A stretch of DNA of 16,188 nucleotides from a virus. Lineage: Duplodnaviria; Heunggongvirae; Uroviricota; Caudoviricetes. Under the pieces are notes generated by a model. That model had not been told where the DNA came from. It saw only the letters and a program-made list of their open reading frames with translations, and did not search any database. Position 1 is the first letter of the stretch; every line of letters begins with the position of its first letter. The DNA lies in IMG/VR virus record IMGVR_UViG_2740892005_000001, one strand, 5' to 3'. A program made the translations under genes and the position numbers. Shown piece by piece: positions 8,568 to 16,188 of this stretch.

Positions 8568-9311
8568 ATGACACAGACAGAATCAGCGATTCTGGCGCAC
8601 GCCCGGCGATGTGCGCCAGCGGAGTCGTGTGGCTTCGTGGTGAGAACGCCGAAGGGGGAAAGATATTTTCCCTGCGTGAATATCTCCGGTGAGCCGGAGG
8701 CGTATTTCCGGATGTCGCCGGAGGACTGGCTGCGGGCAGAGATGCAGGGTGAGATTGTGGCGCTGGTCCACAGCCACCCCGGTGGTCTGCCCTGGCTGAG
8801 TGAGGCTGACAGGCGGCTGCAGGTGCAGAGCGATTTGCCGTGGTGGCTGGTCTGCCGGGGTGAGATTCATAAATTCCGCTGTGTGCCGCATCTTACCGGG
8901 CGGTGCTTTGAGCACGGGGTGACGGACTGTTACACGCTGTTCCGGGATGCTTATCATCTGGCGGGGATTGAGATGCCGGATTTTCATCGTGAGGATGACT
9001 GGTGGCGTCACGGTCAGAATCTCTATCTGGATAATCTGGAGGCCACAGGGCTGTATCAGGTGCCGTTGTCATCAGCACAACCGGGCGATGTGCTGCTGTG
9101 CTGTTTTGGTTCATCGGTGCCGAATCATGCCGCCATTTACTGTGGTGATGGCGAGCTGCTGCACCATATTCCTGAACAACTGAGCAAACGAGAGAGGTAT
9201 ACCGACAAATGGCAGCGACGCACACACTCCCTCTGGCGTCACCGGGCATGGCGCGCATCTGCCTTTACGGGGATTTACAACGATTTGGCCGCCGCATCGA
9301 CCTTCGTGTGA
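8568..9311 (+). CDS. K: Tail tip assembly protein gpK (JAMM/MPN-like N-terminal domain plus NlpC/P60-like C-terminal domain)
   Basis: ATG at 8568 lies 5 nt after the L stop. The product MTQTESAILAHARRCAPAESCGFVV... is 247 aa and contains the JAMM signature HSHPGGLPWLSEAD (H-x-H-x7-S-x2-D) plus a Cys (GVTDCYTLF) and downstream His (NHAAIY) as in NlpC/P60 peptidases. The ORF-track start at 8526 lies inside L. Confidence 0.9.
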   Translation: MTQTESAILAHARRCAPAESCGFVVRTPKGERYFPCVNISGEPEAYFRMSPEDWLRAEMQGEIVALVHSHPGGLPWLSEADRRLQVQSDLPWWLVCRGEIHKFRCVPHLTGRCFEHGVTDCYTLFRDAYHLAGIEMPDFHREDDWWRHGQNLYLDNLEATGLYQVPLSSAQPGDVLLCCFGSSVPNHAAIYCGDGELLHHIPEQLSKRERYTDKWQRRTHSLWRHRAWRASAFTGIYNDLAAASTFV

Positions 9312-9850
9312 AAACGGGGGCTGAAGCCATCCGGGCGCTGGCCACACAGCTCCCGGCGTTTCGTCAGAAACTGAGCGACGGCTGGTATCAGGTACGGATT
9401 GCCGGGCGTGATACAGGTGAAACGGAATTATCAGCCCGTCTTAATGAACCGCTGGCAAATGGTGCTGTGATCCATATCGTGCCGCGTCTGGCAGGAGCCA
9501 AAAGTGGCGGTGTGTTTCAGGCTGTGCTGGGGGCGGCTGTTATGGCGGTTGCTATATGGATGCCGGGGGTAGGAATTATGGCGAGTAATCTGCTGTTTTC
9601 TCTCGGTGCCAGTATGACGCTTGGCGGTGTTGCACAGATGCTGGCCCCTAAACCCAGAACCCCCCGCACACAGACAACGGATAACGGCAAACAGAACACC
9701 TATTTTTCTTCACTGGATAATATGGTTGCCCAGGGCAATGTTCTGCCCGTTCTGTACGGTGAAATGCGCGTGGGATCACGTGTGGTATCTCAGGAGATCA
9801 GCACAGCAGATGAAGGTGATGGTGGTCAGGTTGTGGTGATTGGTCGCTGA
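9209..9850 (+). CDS. I: Tail tip assembly protein gpI
   Basis: 213 aa, MAATHTLPLASPGMARICLYGDLQRFGRRIDLRVKTGAEAIRALATQLP..., with N- and C-termini (...VVSQEISTADEGDGGQVVVIGR) matching lambda gpI as I recall it. It overlaps the 3' end of K by 103 nt in another frame, as in lambda. It is about 10 codons shorter than lambda gpI (223 aa), with a different central hydrophobic segment. Confidence 0.88.
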   Translation: MAATHTLPLASPGMARICLYGDLQRFGRRIDLRVKTGAEAIRALATQLPAFRQKLSDGWYQVRIAGRDTGETELSARLNEPLANGAVIHIVPRLAGAKSGGVFQAVLGAAVMAVAIWMPGVGIMASNLLFSLGASMTLGGVAQMLAPKPRTPRTQTTDNGKQNTYFSSLDNMVAQGNVLPVLYGEMRVGSRVVSQEISTADEGDGGQVVVIGR

Positions 9851-9867
9851 TGAAAAACGTTTTATGT

Positions 9868-9895
9868 GAAACCGCCTCCGGGCGGTTTTATCGTT
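9868..9895 (+). terminator. Hairpin in the I-J intergenic region (weak terminator-like or RNA structural element)
   Basis: GAAACCGCC-TCCG-GGCGGTTTT: an 8-bp stem and a 4-nt loop with T's at the 3' side, 18 nt after the I stop and about 20 nt before the J RBS (GGAG at 9899-9902). Confidence 0.3.
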
Positions 9896-9910
9896 TATGG
9901 AGCATGACGA

Positions 9911-12900
9911 ATGGGTAAAGGCAGCAGTAAGGGGCATACCCCGCGCGAAGCGAAGGACAACCTGAAGTCCACGCAGCTGCTGAGTGTGATCGATGCCATC
10001 AGCGAAGGGCCGGTTGAAGGTCCGGTGGATGGATTAAAAAGCGTGCTGCTGAACAGTACGCCGGTGCTGGACAGTGAGGGGAATACCAATATATCCGGCG
10101 TCACGGTGGTGTTCCGGGCCGGTGAGCAGGAGCAGTCACCGCCGGAGGGATTTGAATCCTCCGGCTCCGAGACGGTGCTGGGTACGGAAGTGAAATATGA
10201 CACGCCGATCACCCGGACCATCACGTCGGCAAACATCGACCGTCTGCGCTTTACCTTCGGTGTACAGGCACTGGTGGAAACCACCTCAAAGGGAGACAGG
10301 AATCCGTCGGAAGTTCGCCTGCTGGTTCAGATACAGCGTAACGGTGGCTGGGTGACGGAAAAAGACATCACCATTAAGGGCAAAACCACCTCGCAGTATC
10401 TGGCCTCGGTGGTGGTGGATAACCTGCCGCCGCGCCCGTTTAATATCCGGATGCGCAGGATGACGCCGGACAGCACCACAGACCAGCTGCTGAACAAAAC
10501 GCTCTGGTCGTCATACACCGAAATCATCGATGTGAAACAGTGCTACCCGAACACGGCACTGGTTGGCGTGCAGGTGGACTCGGAGCAGTTCGGCAGCCAG
10601 CAGGTGAGCCGTAATTATCATCTTCGCGGGCGCATTCTGCAGGTGCCGTCGAACTATAACCCGCAGACGCGGCAATACAGCGGTATCTGGGACGGAACGT
10701 TAAAACCGGCATACAGCAACAACATGGCCTGGTGTCTGTGGGATATGCTGACCCATCCGCGCTACGGCATGGGGAAACGTCTTGGTGCGGCGGATGTGGA
10801 TAAATGGGCGCTGTATGTCATCGGCCAGTACTGCGACCAGTCGGTGCCGGACGGCTTTGGCGGCACGGAGCCGCGCATTACCTGTAATGCGTACCTGACC
10901 ACACAGCGCAAGGCGTGGGATGTGCTCAGTGATTTCTGCTCGGCGATGCGCTGTATGCCGGTATGGAACGGGCAGACGCTGACGTTCGTGCAGGACCGAC
11001 CATCAGATAAGGTGTGGACCTATAACCGCAGTAATGTGGTGATGCCGGATGATGGCGCGCCGTTCCGCTACAGCTTCAGCGCCCTGAAGGACCGCCATAA
11101 TGCCGTTGAGGTGAACTGGATTGACCCGGATAACGGCTGGGAGACGGCGACAGAGCTCGTGGAGGATACGCAGGCCATTGCCCGTTACGGCCGTAACGTC
11201 ACGAAGATGGATGCCTTTGGCTGTACCAGCCGGGGGCAGGCACACCGCGCCGGGCTGTGGCTGATTAAAACGGAGCTGCTGGAAACGCAGACCGTGGACT
11301 TCAGCGTGGGTGCTGAAGGGCTTCGCCATGTACCGGGGGATGTCATTGAAATCTGCGATGATGACTATGCCGGTATCAGCACCGGTGGTCGTGTGCTGGC
11401 GGTGAACAGCCAGACCCGGACGCTGACGCTCGACCGTGAAATCACGCTGCCATCCTCCGGTACCACGCTGATAAGCCTGGTTGACGGAAGTGGCAATCCG
11501 GTCAGCGTGGAGGTTCAGTCCGTCACCGACGGCGTGAAGGTGAAAGTGAGCCGTGTTCCTGACGGTGTTGCTGAATACAGCGTATGGGGGCTGAAGCTGC
11601 CGACGCTGCGCCAGCGACTGTTCCGCTGCGTGAGTATCCGTGAAAACGACGACGGCACGTATGCCATCACCGCCGTGCAGCATGTGCCGGAAAAAGAGAC
11701 CATCGTGGATAACGGGGCGCACTTTGACGGCGAACAGAGTGGCACGGTGAATGGTGTCACGCCGCCCGCGGTGCAGCACCTGACCGCAGAAGTCACCGCA
11801 GACAGCGGGGAATATCAGGTGCTGGCGCGATGGGACACACCGAAGGTGGTGAAGGGGGTGAGCTTTATGCTTCGCCTGACCGTGGCAGCGGATGACGGCA
11901 GTGAGCGGCTGGTCAGCACGGCCAGGACGACGGAAACCACATACCGCTTCAGGCAACTGGCGCTGGGGAACTACAGGCTGACAGTCCGGGCGGTAAATGC
12001 GTGGGGGCAGCAGGGGGATCCGGCGTCGGTATCGTTCCGGATTGCCGCACCGGCAGCGCCATCGCGGATTGAGCTGACGCCGGGCTATTTTCAGATAACC
12101 GCAACGCCGCATCTTGCCGTTTATGATCCGACGGTACAGTTTGAGTTCTGGTTCTCGGAAAAGCGGATTGCGGATATCAGGCAGGTTGAAGCCAGCGCGC
12201 GTTATCTTGGTACGGCGCTGTACTGGATAGCCGCCAGTATCAATATCAAACCGGGCCATGATTATTATTTTTACATTCGCAGTGTGAACACCGTTGGCAA
12301 ATCGGCATTTGTGGAGGCTGTTGGCCAGCCGAGTGATGATGCATCCGGCTATCTGGATTTTTTCAAAGGAGAGATAGGGAAAACCCATCTGGCTCAGGAG
12401 TTGTGGACGCAGATTGATAACGGTCAGCTTGCGCCTGACCTGGCTGAAATCAGGACGTCCATTACGGATGTCAGCAATGAAATCACGCAGACCGTCAATA
12501 AGAAACTGGAAGACCAGAGTGCAGCGATCCAGCAGATACAGAAGGTTCAGGTTGATACAAATAATAACCTGAACAGCATGTGGGCTGTGAAGCTGCAGCA
12601 GATGCAGGACGGACGCCTTTATATCGCGGGTATTGGTGCCGGTATTGAGAATACCCCTGACGGTATGCAGAGTCAGGTGCTGCTGGCGGCGGACAGGATT
12701 GCGATGATTAATCCTGCGAATGGCAATACAAAGCCGATGTTTGTTGGGCAGGGCGATCAGATATTCATGAACGAAGTGTTCCTGAAATATCTGACGGCTC
12801 CCACCATTACCAGCGGTGGCAATCCCCCAACGTTTTCACTGACACCTGATGGTCGACTTTCTGCGAGAAATGCGGATATCAGCGGTAACGTGAATGCGAA

Positions 12901-13393
12901 CTCCGGGACGCTCAATAATGTCACGATTAACCAGAACTGTCGGATTCTGGGAAAACTGTCAGCTAACCAGATTGAAGGTGATATTGTCAAAACGGTGGGA
13001 AAAGCCTTTCCGAGAAATGGCAGTTATGCCAGCGGTACAATAACGGTCACTGTGTACGATGACCAGGCTTTTGACCGTCAGATAGTCGTCCCCCCCGTTC
13101 TGTTTCGCGGTGGTAAGCATGAAAACTTCAACAGCAACAACCAACAGTCATACTGGTATTCAACCTGTAAGCTGCAGGTGCTGAAGAACGGACAGGAAAT
13201 CTTTCAGCAACCCGCGACGGATGTCAGCAGGGTATTTTCATCAGTCATTGATATGCCTGCCGGACACGGCCATGTCACCCTGACTTTCAATGTTTCTTCA
13301 TATGGTGCAAATAACTGGACGCCAACGACCAGTATCAGCGACCTTCTTGTTGTCGTGATGAAGAAATCAACAGCCGGCATCAGTATCAGTTGA
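9911..13393 (+). CDS. J: Central tail fibre / host specificity protein gpJ (1160 aa), with an apparently divergent C-terminal receptor-binding region
   Basis: N-terminus [34 protein letters not shown]... and the first ~800 residues match lambda gpJ as I recall it, including the fibronectin-III-like central region. Lambda gpJ is 1132 aa and this ORF is 1160 aa. The final ~300 residues (from about ...[29 protein letters not shown]... to ...[16 protein letters not shown]) do not match my memory of lambda J. Confidence 0.93.
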   Translation: MGKGSSKGHTPREAKDNLKSTQLLSVIDAISEGPVEGPVDGLKSVLLNSTPVLDSEGNTNISGVTVVFRAGEQEQSPPEGFESSGSETVLGTEVKYDTPITRTITSANIDRLRFTFGVQALVETTSKGDRNPSEVRLLVQIQRNGGWVTEKDITIKGKTTSQYLASVVVDNLPPRPFNIRMRRMTPDSTTDQLLNKTLWSSYTEIIDVKQCYPNTALVGVQVDSEQFGSQQVSRNYHLRGRILQVPSNYNPQTRQYSGIWDGTLKPAYSNNMAWCLWDMLTHPRYGMGKRLGAADVDKWALYVIGQYCDQSVPDGFGGTEPRITCNAYLTTQRKAWDVLSDFCSAMRCMPVWNGQTLTFVQDRPSDKVWTYNRSNVVMPDDGAPFRYSFSALKDRHNAVEVNWIDPDNGWETATELVEDTQAIARYGRNVTKMDAFGCTSRGQAHRAGLWLIKTELLETQTVDFSVGAEGLRHVPGDVIEICDDDYAGISTGGRVLAVNSQTRTLTLDREITLPSSGTTLISLVDGSGNPVSVEVQSVTDGVKVKVSRVPDGVAEYSVWGLKLPTLRQRLFRCVSIRENDDGTYAITAVQHVPEKETIVDNGAHFDGEQSGTVNGVTPPAVQHLTAEVTADSGEYQVLARWDTPKVVKGVSFMLRLTVAADDGSERLVSTARTTETTYRFRQLALGNYRLTVRAVNAWGQQGDPASVSFRIAAPAAPSRIELTPGYFQITATPHLAVYDPTVQFEFWFSEKRIADIRQVEASARYLGTALYWIAASINIKPGHDYYFYIRSVNTVGKSAFVEAVGQPSDDASGYLDFFKGEIGKTHLAQELWTQIDNGQLAPDLAEIRTSITDVSNEITQTVNKKLEDQSAAIQQIQKVQVDTNNNLNSMWAVKLQQMQDGRLYIAGIGAGIENTPDGMQSQVLLAADRIAMINPANGNTKPMFVGQGDQIFMNEVFLKYLTAPTITSGGNPPTFSLTPDGRLSARNADISGNVNANSGTLNNVTINQNCRILGKLSANQIEGDIVKTVGKAFPRNGSYASGTITVTVYDDQAFDRQIVVPPVLFRGGKHENFNSNNQQSYWYSTCKLQVLKNGQEIFQQPATDVSRVFSSVIDMPAGHGHVTLTFNVSSYGANNWTPTTSISDLLVVVMKKSTAGISIS

Positions 13394-13410
13394 ATTTTAA
13401 AACCCAAATT

Positions 13411-13440
13411 CGGGCACCAGAAATGGTGCCTTTTTTATTT
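13411..13440 (+). terminator. Rho-independent terminator-like hairpin immediately downstream of J
   Basis: CGGGCACC-AGAAAT-GGTGCC followed by TTTTTTATTT: a perfect 6-7 bp GC-rich stem with a U-tract, 18 nt after the J stop and about 12 nt before the stf start. Confidence 0.55.
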
Positions 13441-13451
13441 GTGGAGTGAAT

Positions 13452-15473
13452 ATGGCAGTACAGATTTCAGGTGTGCTGAAAGACGGTGCAGGAAAACCGA
13501 TACAGAACTGCACCATTCAGCTCAAAGCAAAACGTAACAGCACCACAGTTGTGGTGAACACGGTGGCCTCAGAAAATCCGGATGAAGCCGGACGTTACAG
13601 CATGGATGTTGAGTATGGCCAGTACAGCGTCGCCCTGCTGGTTGAAGGTTTTCCGCCTTCACATGCCGGGACCATCACCGTGTATGAGGATTCTAAGCCG
13701 GGGACATTGAATGATTTTCTGGGCGCTGCAACAGAAGATGATGTTTGTCCGGAGGCACTGTATCGTTTTGAAAAGATGGTGGAAGAGGCGGCACGCAACG
13801 CTGAAGCCGCCTCTCAGAGCGCAGCGGCAGCAAAGAAATCAGAAACAGCAGCGGCATCGTCCAGGAACGCGGCGAAAACATCAGAGACGAATGCAGGTAA
13901 CAGCGCGAAAGCGGCAGCTTCTTCAAAAACAGCCGCACAAAACGCAGCAACAGCGGCAGAACGTTCAGAGACAAATGCCCGTGCGTCAGAAGAAGCCTCC
14001 GCAGACAGTGAAGAGGCTTCCCGCCGTAATGCAGAGTCAGCCGCTGAAAATGCCGGAGTCGCCACCACAAAAGCGCGGGAGGCCGCAGCAGACGCAACAA
14101 AGGCCGGGCAGAAAAAGGATGAGGCTCTGTCGGCAGCGACACGAGCTGAAAAGGCGGCAGACCGCGCAGAAGCCGCAGCGGAAGTGACTGCAGAGCCCTG
14201 TGCGAATATAGTGCCGCCGCTGCCTGATGTGTGGATACCGTTTAACGATTCACTGGATATGATTACGGGTTTTTCGCCATCTTATAAAAAGATAGTTATT
14301 GGTGACGATGAAATAACAATGCCAGGCGACAAGATTGTTAAGTTTAAACGTGCTTCAACAGCAACGTATATTAATAAGTCCGGCCAACTCAAGCTTGCTG
14401 AAGTTGACGAACCGCGATTTGAGCGCGATGGCTTATTGATTGAAGGACAGAGGACAAATTATCTGAGGAACTCAAATAAACCAGACTCATGGACTGTTCA
14501 TTCCGCACTGAATAAAACATTTGGCACTGATAAACAGGGGTTCAATTATGCCACGGTGACACCCACGGAAAGTATAGTGGGAACAACAGGTGGCTATACT
14601 GTGCATGGTGTGGTTGCAGCAGACAGATTCCCGCTGGCAAGTGGTGAATGTTTCACTTTTTCGTGCCGGGTTAAAGGCGCTAAAGCACGATGCAGGTTAA
14701 GAGTTTCAGTTATTATTGGTGGAACAGATACCTTCTCTGCTGACTCTTATCTTGATCTGGATACCCGGATCGCAACAGTAAGCGGTAATACATCCCTTAT
14801 AACAGCCAAAGCTGAACAACAGGGCGAGTGGACCTACTATGAGGCCACTTATACAGCTAATACGGACATTGATACCGTTAACTGTGCTTTTTATATGACA
14901 AATAAAATAAGTAATGAGACATTCTATGATGACTCAACATTAACCATGACGACGCCGCAAATTGAACTGGGCAATACGGCATCGTCATTTATTGTAACTA
15001 CAATGCCAACAACACGCGCAAGTGATGTAGTTACTATCCCATCGCAGAATAACCTGTCAACACGGCCTTTTACGGTATTGTGCGAAGTAAGCAGGAACTG
15101 GAGTACACCGCCCAATGTTGCGCCAAGGATATTTGATGTTGGAGGGCACAGTATTGATGATAATTATTTATCGCTGGGGTTTGTTGCAACAGGAAAGATA
15201 AGCGCCAACGTAGGAATGGTTCAGCCACAAATTGCCTCAGATGGAGAAAGGTTCATTGTGGGTGTGAGAGCTAAATCTGATTTATCAGTAAATGCAATAT
15301 GCAATGGTAATTATACAACAAACCTTAATGGTAAAATATTTGGAGTTACAGCAACATCGTACCGGTTTGGTGGGCAGACCGCAGCAGGAACGCGTCATTT
15401 GTTTGGACACATCAGAAATTTCAGAGTCTGGTTTAAAGAATTAAATGACAGGCAAATCAAGGAGGCAGTATGA
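13452..15473 (+). CDS. stf: Side tail fibre protein (Stf-like), chimeric: lambda-Stf-like N-terminus, Ala/Ser-rich repeat shaft, unrelated AT-rich C-terminal domain
   Basis: ATG at 13452 with GGAG 5 nt upstream. N-terminus MAVQISGVLKDGAGKPIQNCTIQLKAKRNSTTVVVNTVASENPDEAGRYSMDVEYGQYSV... closely resembles the lambda Stf (orf-401) N-terminus, followed by an A/S/E/T/N-rich repetitive segment. From about residue 250 (nt ~14200) the sequence and base composition change to a domain I cannot place. 673 aa in total. Confidence 0.85.
   Translation: MAVQISGVLKDGAGKPIQNCTIQLKAKRNSTTVVVNTVASENPDEAGRYSMDVEYGQYSVALLVEGFPPSHAGTITVYEDSKPGTLNDFLGAATEDDVCPEALYRFEKMVEEAARNAEAASQSAAAAKKSETAAASSRNAAKTSETNAGNSAKAAASSKTAAQNAATAAERSETNARASEEASADSEEASRRNAESAAENAGVATTKAREAAADATKAGQKKDEALSAATRAEKAADRAEAAAEVTAEPCANIVPPLPDVWIPFNDSLDMITGFSPSYKKIVIGDDEITMPGDKIVKFKRASTATYINKSGQLKLAEVDEPRFERDGLLIEGQRTNYLRNSNKPDSWTVHSALNKTFGTDKQGFNYATVTPTESIVGTTGGYTVHGVVAADRFPLASGECFTFSCRVKGAKARCRLRVSVIIGGTDTFSADSYLDLDTRIATVSGNTSLITAKAEQQGEWTYYEATYTANTDIDTVNCAFYMTNKISNETFYDDSTLTMTTPQIELGNTASSFIVTTMPTTRASDVVTIPSQNNLSTRPFTVLCEVSRNWSTPPNVAPRIFDVGGHSIDDNYLSLGFVATGKISANVGMVQPQIASDGERFIVGVRAKSDLSVNAICNGNYTTNLNGKIFGVTATSYRFGGQTAAGTRHLFGHIRNFRVWFKELNDRQIKEAV
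13780..14190 (+). repeat. Degenerate in-frame tandem repeats encoding the Ala/Ser/Glu-rich fibre shaft of Stf
   Basis: Recurring protein motifs of about 14 residues (SETAAASSRNAAKT / SETNAGNSAKAAAS / SKTAAQNAATAAER / SETNARASEEASAD ...), with GCN/GCA-rich nucleotide sequence. These repeats explain the spurious long ORFs in the other frames here (13711..14187 + and 13693..14142 -). Confidence 0.5.
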
Positions 15474-15748
15474 AAGATTTAACTTTGAAATTTCCTGGTA
15501 ACAGAGAGTTTAAATCCTTCCTGTCATCTCTTGACTGGGAGGAGGATGAAGACCTCCAGAATAAACTGTTAGTCGATGAAATTGGTTTCACCTACACAGA
15601 AACAGGGGTAACAGAAGAGGGAGAACCTGTCTGTGTCCGGAATGACGGTTATTTTGTCAACATTCGCATTCTTGATGACTTGTTTGATGTTTCTGTATTC
15701 TCTGATTATGTCGTGGAGCTGGAAACACCGCTTCGGGAATGGAGCTGA
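15470..15748 (+). CDS. Hypothetical small acidic protein (92 aa), translationally coupled to stf; possible fibre-tip chaperone or accessory protein
   Basis: ATG at 15470 overlaps the stf stop (ATGA) and has a strong RBS AAGGAGG 4-5 nt upstream. Product MKDLTLKFPGNREFKSFLSSLDWEEDEDLQNKLLVDEIGF... is rich in D/E. It has no resemblance to lambda Tfa that I can see. AT-rich like the stf 3' part. Confidence 0.6.
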   Translation: MKDLTLKFPGNREFKSFLSSLDWEEDEDLQNKLLVDEIGFTYTETGVTEEGEPVCVRNDGYFVNIRILDDLFDVSVFSDYVVELETPLREWS

Positions 15749-15760
15749 AAGGAGGAAATA

Positions 15761-16054
15761 ATGGATATAAGCCCCTTACTTCATGCACTTTGTGCTGTGG
15801 CTGCGCAGATACTGGTTGGTCTTTTTACCGGAAACTGGGCTTACGGAGCGATAGCCGGTTGTACGTTCTTCATTGCGCGTGAACATACCCAGGCAGAATA
15901 TCGCTGGATTGAAATGTTCGGGCATGGCAAGCGAATGAATATGCCGTGGTGGGGCGGTTTTGATCCGCGAGCTTGGGATGTGGCAAGCCTGATGGATTTT
16001 GCTGTGCCGGTGGTGGCGTGTCTGCTGGTCTGGCTGTTGGTTAATCGTGGGTGA
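15761..16054 (+). CDS. Hypothetical small membrane protein (97 aa, two predicted hydrophobic helices)
   Basis: Very strong RBS AAAGGAGG about 6 nt upstream of ATG 15761. Product has an N-terminal hydrophobic stretch (LLHALCAVAAQILVGLFTGNWAYGAIAGCTFFIA), a Trp/charge-rich middle (EYRWIEMFGHGKRMNMPWWGGFDPRAWD) and a C-terminal hydrophobic stretch (FAVPVVACLLVWLLV). Not recognised as any lambda late protein. Confidence 0.6.
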   Translation: MDISPLLHALCAVAAQILVGLFTGNWAYGAIAGCTFFIAREHTQAEYRWIEMFGHGKRMNMPWWGGFDPRAWDVASLMDFAVPVVACLLVWLLVNRG

Positions 16055-16071
16055 AAAAAGGTGAGCTGTAT

Positions 16072-16188
16072 ATGCAACGGAGGAAGAAACCCCGTTGCTG
16101 GAAGCCAGGAAAAAGTATGAAGTGGTTTACTGAATTTGGCCACCTGAACAGAGGTGATATGCTCACCTCAGAACAACACAGGTGCCAT
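16072..16188 (+). CDS. Possible 5' end of a further ORF running off the window (basic N-terminus MQRRKKPRCWKPGKSMKWFTEFGH...)
   Basis: ATG at 16072 with AAGGTGAG about 6 nt upstream; open to the window end (39 codons). Too short and truncated to call with confidence. Confidence 0.3.
   Translation, partial: MQRRKKPRCWKPGKSMKWFTEFGHLNRGDMLTSEQHRCH

Noticed and set aside
7132-8569. Minus-strand ORFs of 221, 132 and 268 aa across M and L
   Set aside because: Antisense to conserved M and L genes. Compositionally biased translations (R/P/H-rich) consistent with non-coding frames.
1304-9839. Multiple short same-strand alternative-frame ORFs (e.g. 1304..1498, 3007..3252, 3554..3784, 5244..5522, 6440..6643, 7076..7300, 8304..8492, 8947..9183, 9621..9839)
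   Set aside because: All are nested inside strongly supported genes in other frames and have biased R/C/W-rich translations. I have no evidence for overprinted genes.
11003-12388. 461-aa ORF on the minus strand inside J
   Set aside because: It lies entirely antisense to the well-supported J coding region. It is Arg/Pro/Cys-rich with no RBS context, typical of spurious antisense ORFs in GC-rich coding DNA.
13693-14187. Alternative-frame ORFs (158 aa on +, 149 aa on -) rich in R/K/Q/L/P within stf
   Set aside because: They coincide with the GCN-rich Ala/Ser repeat region of stf. Low-complexity repeats keep the other frames open by chance, and the stf frame has the recognisable lambda-like protein sequence.
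15841-16143. 100-aa minus-strand ORF overlapping the 97-aa membrane-protein ORF
   Set aside because: The plus-strand ORF has a near-consensus RBS and a coherent hydrophobic-helix pattern. The minus-strand translation is Pro/His/Ser-rich with no start context.
1-16188. Search for CRISPR arrays, tRNA or rRNA genes, IS elements or transposases, attachment-site repeats, and a lom-like outer-membrane gene
   Set aside because: I saw no direct-repeat/spacer array, no cloverleaf-like candidate, no transposase-like ORF and no terminal inverted repeats. The J-stf gap is only 58 nt, so a lom homologue is absent and not merely missed.

Overview
This window is the late structural (head-to-tail) module of a lambda-like siphovirus or prophage, all on the + strand and colinear with phage lambda from the end of C/Nu3 through D, E, FI, FII, Z, U, V, G/G-T, H, M, L, K, I and J to a side-tail-fibre (stf) homologue. 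Protein identifications rest on my recollection of the lambda proteins (matching N-termini, lengths, gene order and overlaps), not on a database search. Genes are tightly packed with many overlapping stop/start codons, the G-T -1 frameshift site is present, and K and I overlap by about 100 nt as in lambda. Most of the window is therefore ordinary, well-described phage biology. The part that deserves attention is the last ~2 kb (about 14200-16188). There the stf gene switches from a lambda-like N-terminus and Ala/Ser-rich repeat shaft into an AT-rich C-terminal domain I do not recognise. It is followed by two small strongly ribosome-binding-site-equipped ORFs, an acidic 92-aa protein translationally coupled to stf and a 97-aa predicted membrane protein, where lambda would carry tfa. 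No lom-like gene lies between J and stf. The 3' end of J also appears to diverge from lambda J. I see no CRISPR array, tRNA, rRNA, transposase or obvious multi-gene defence system in the window; the candidate novelty is limited to the fibre tip and the two downstream small genes.
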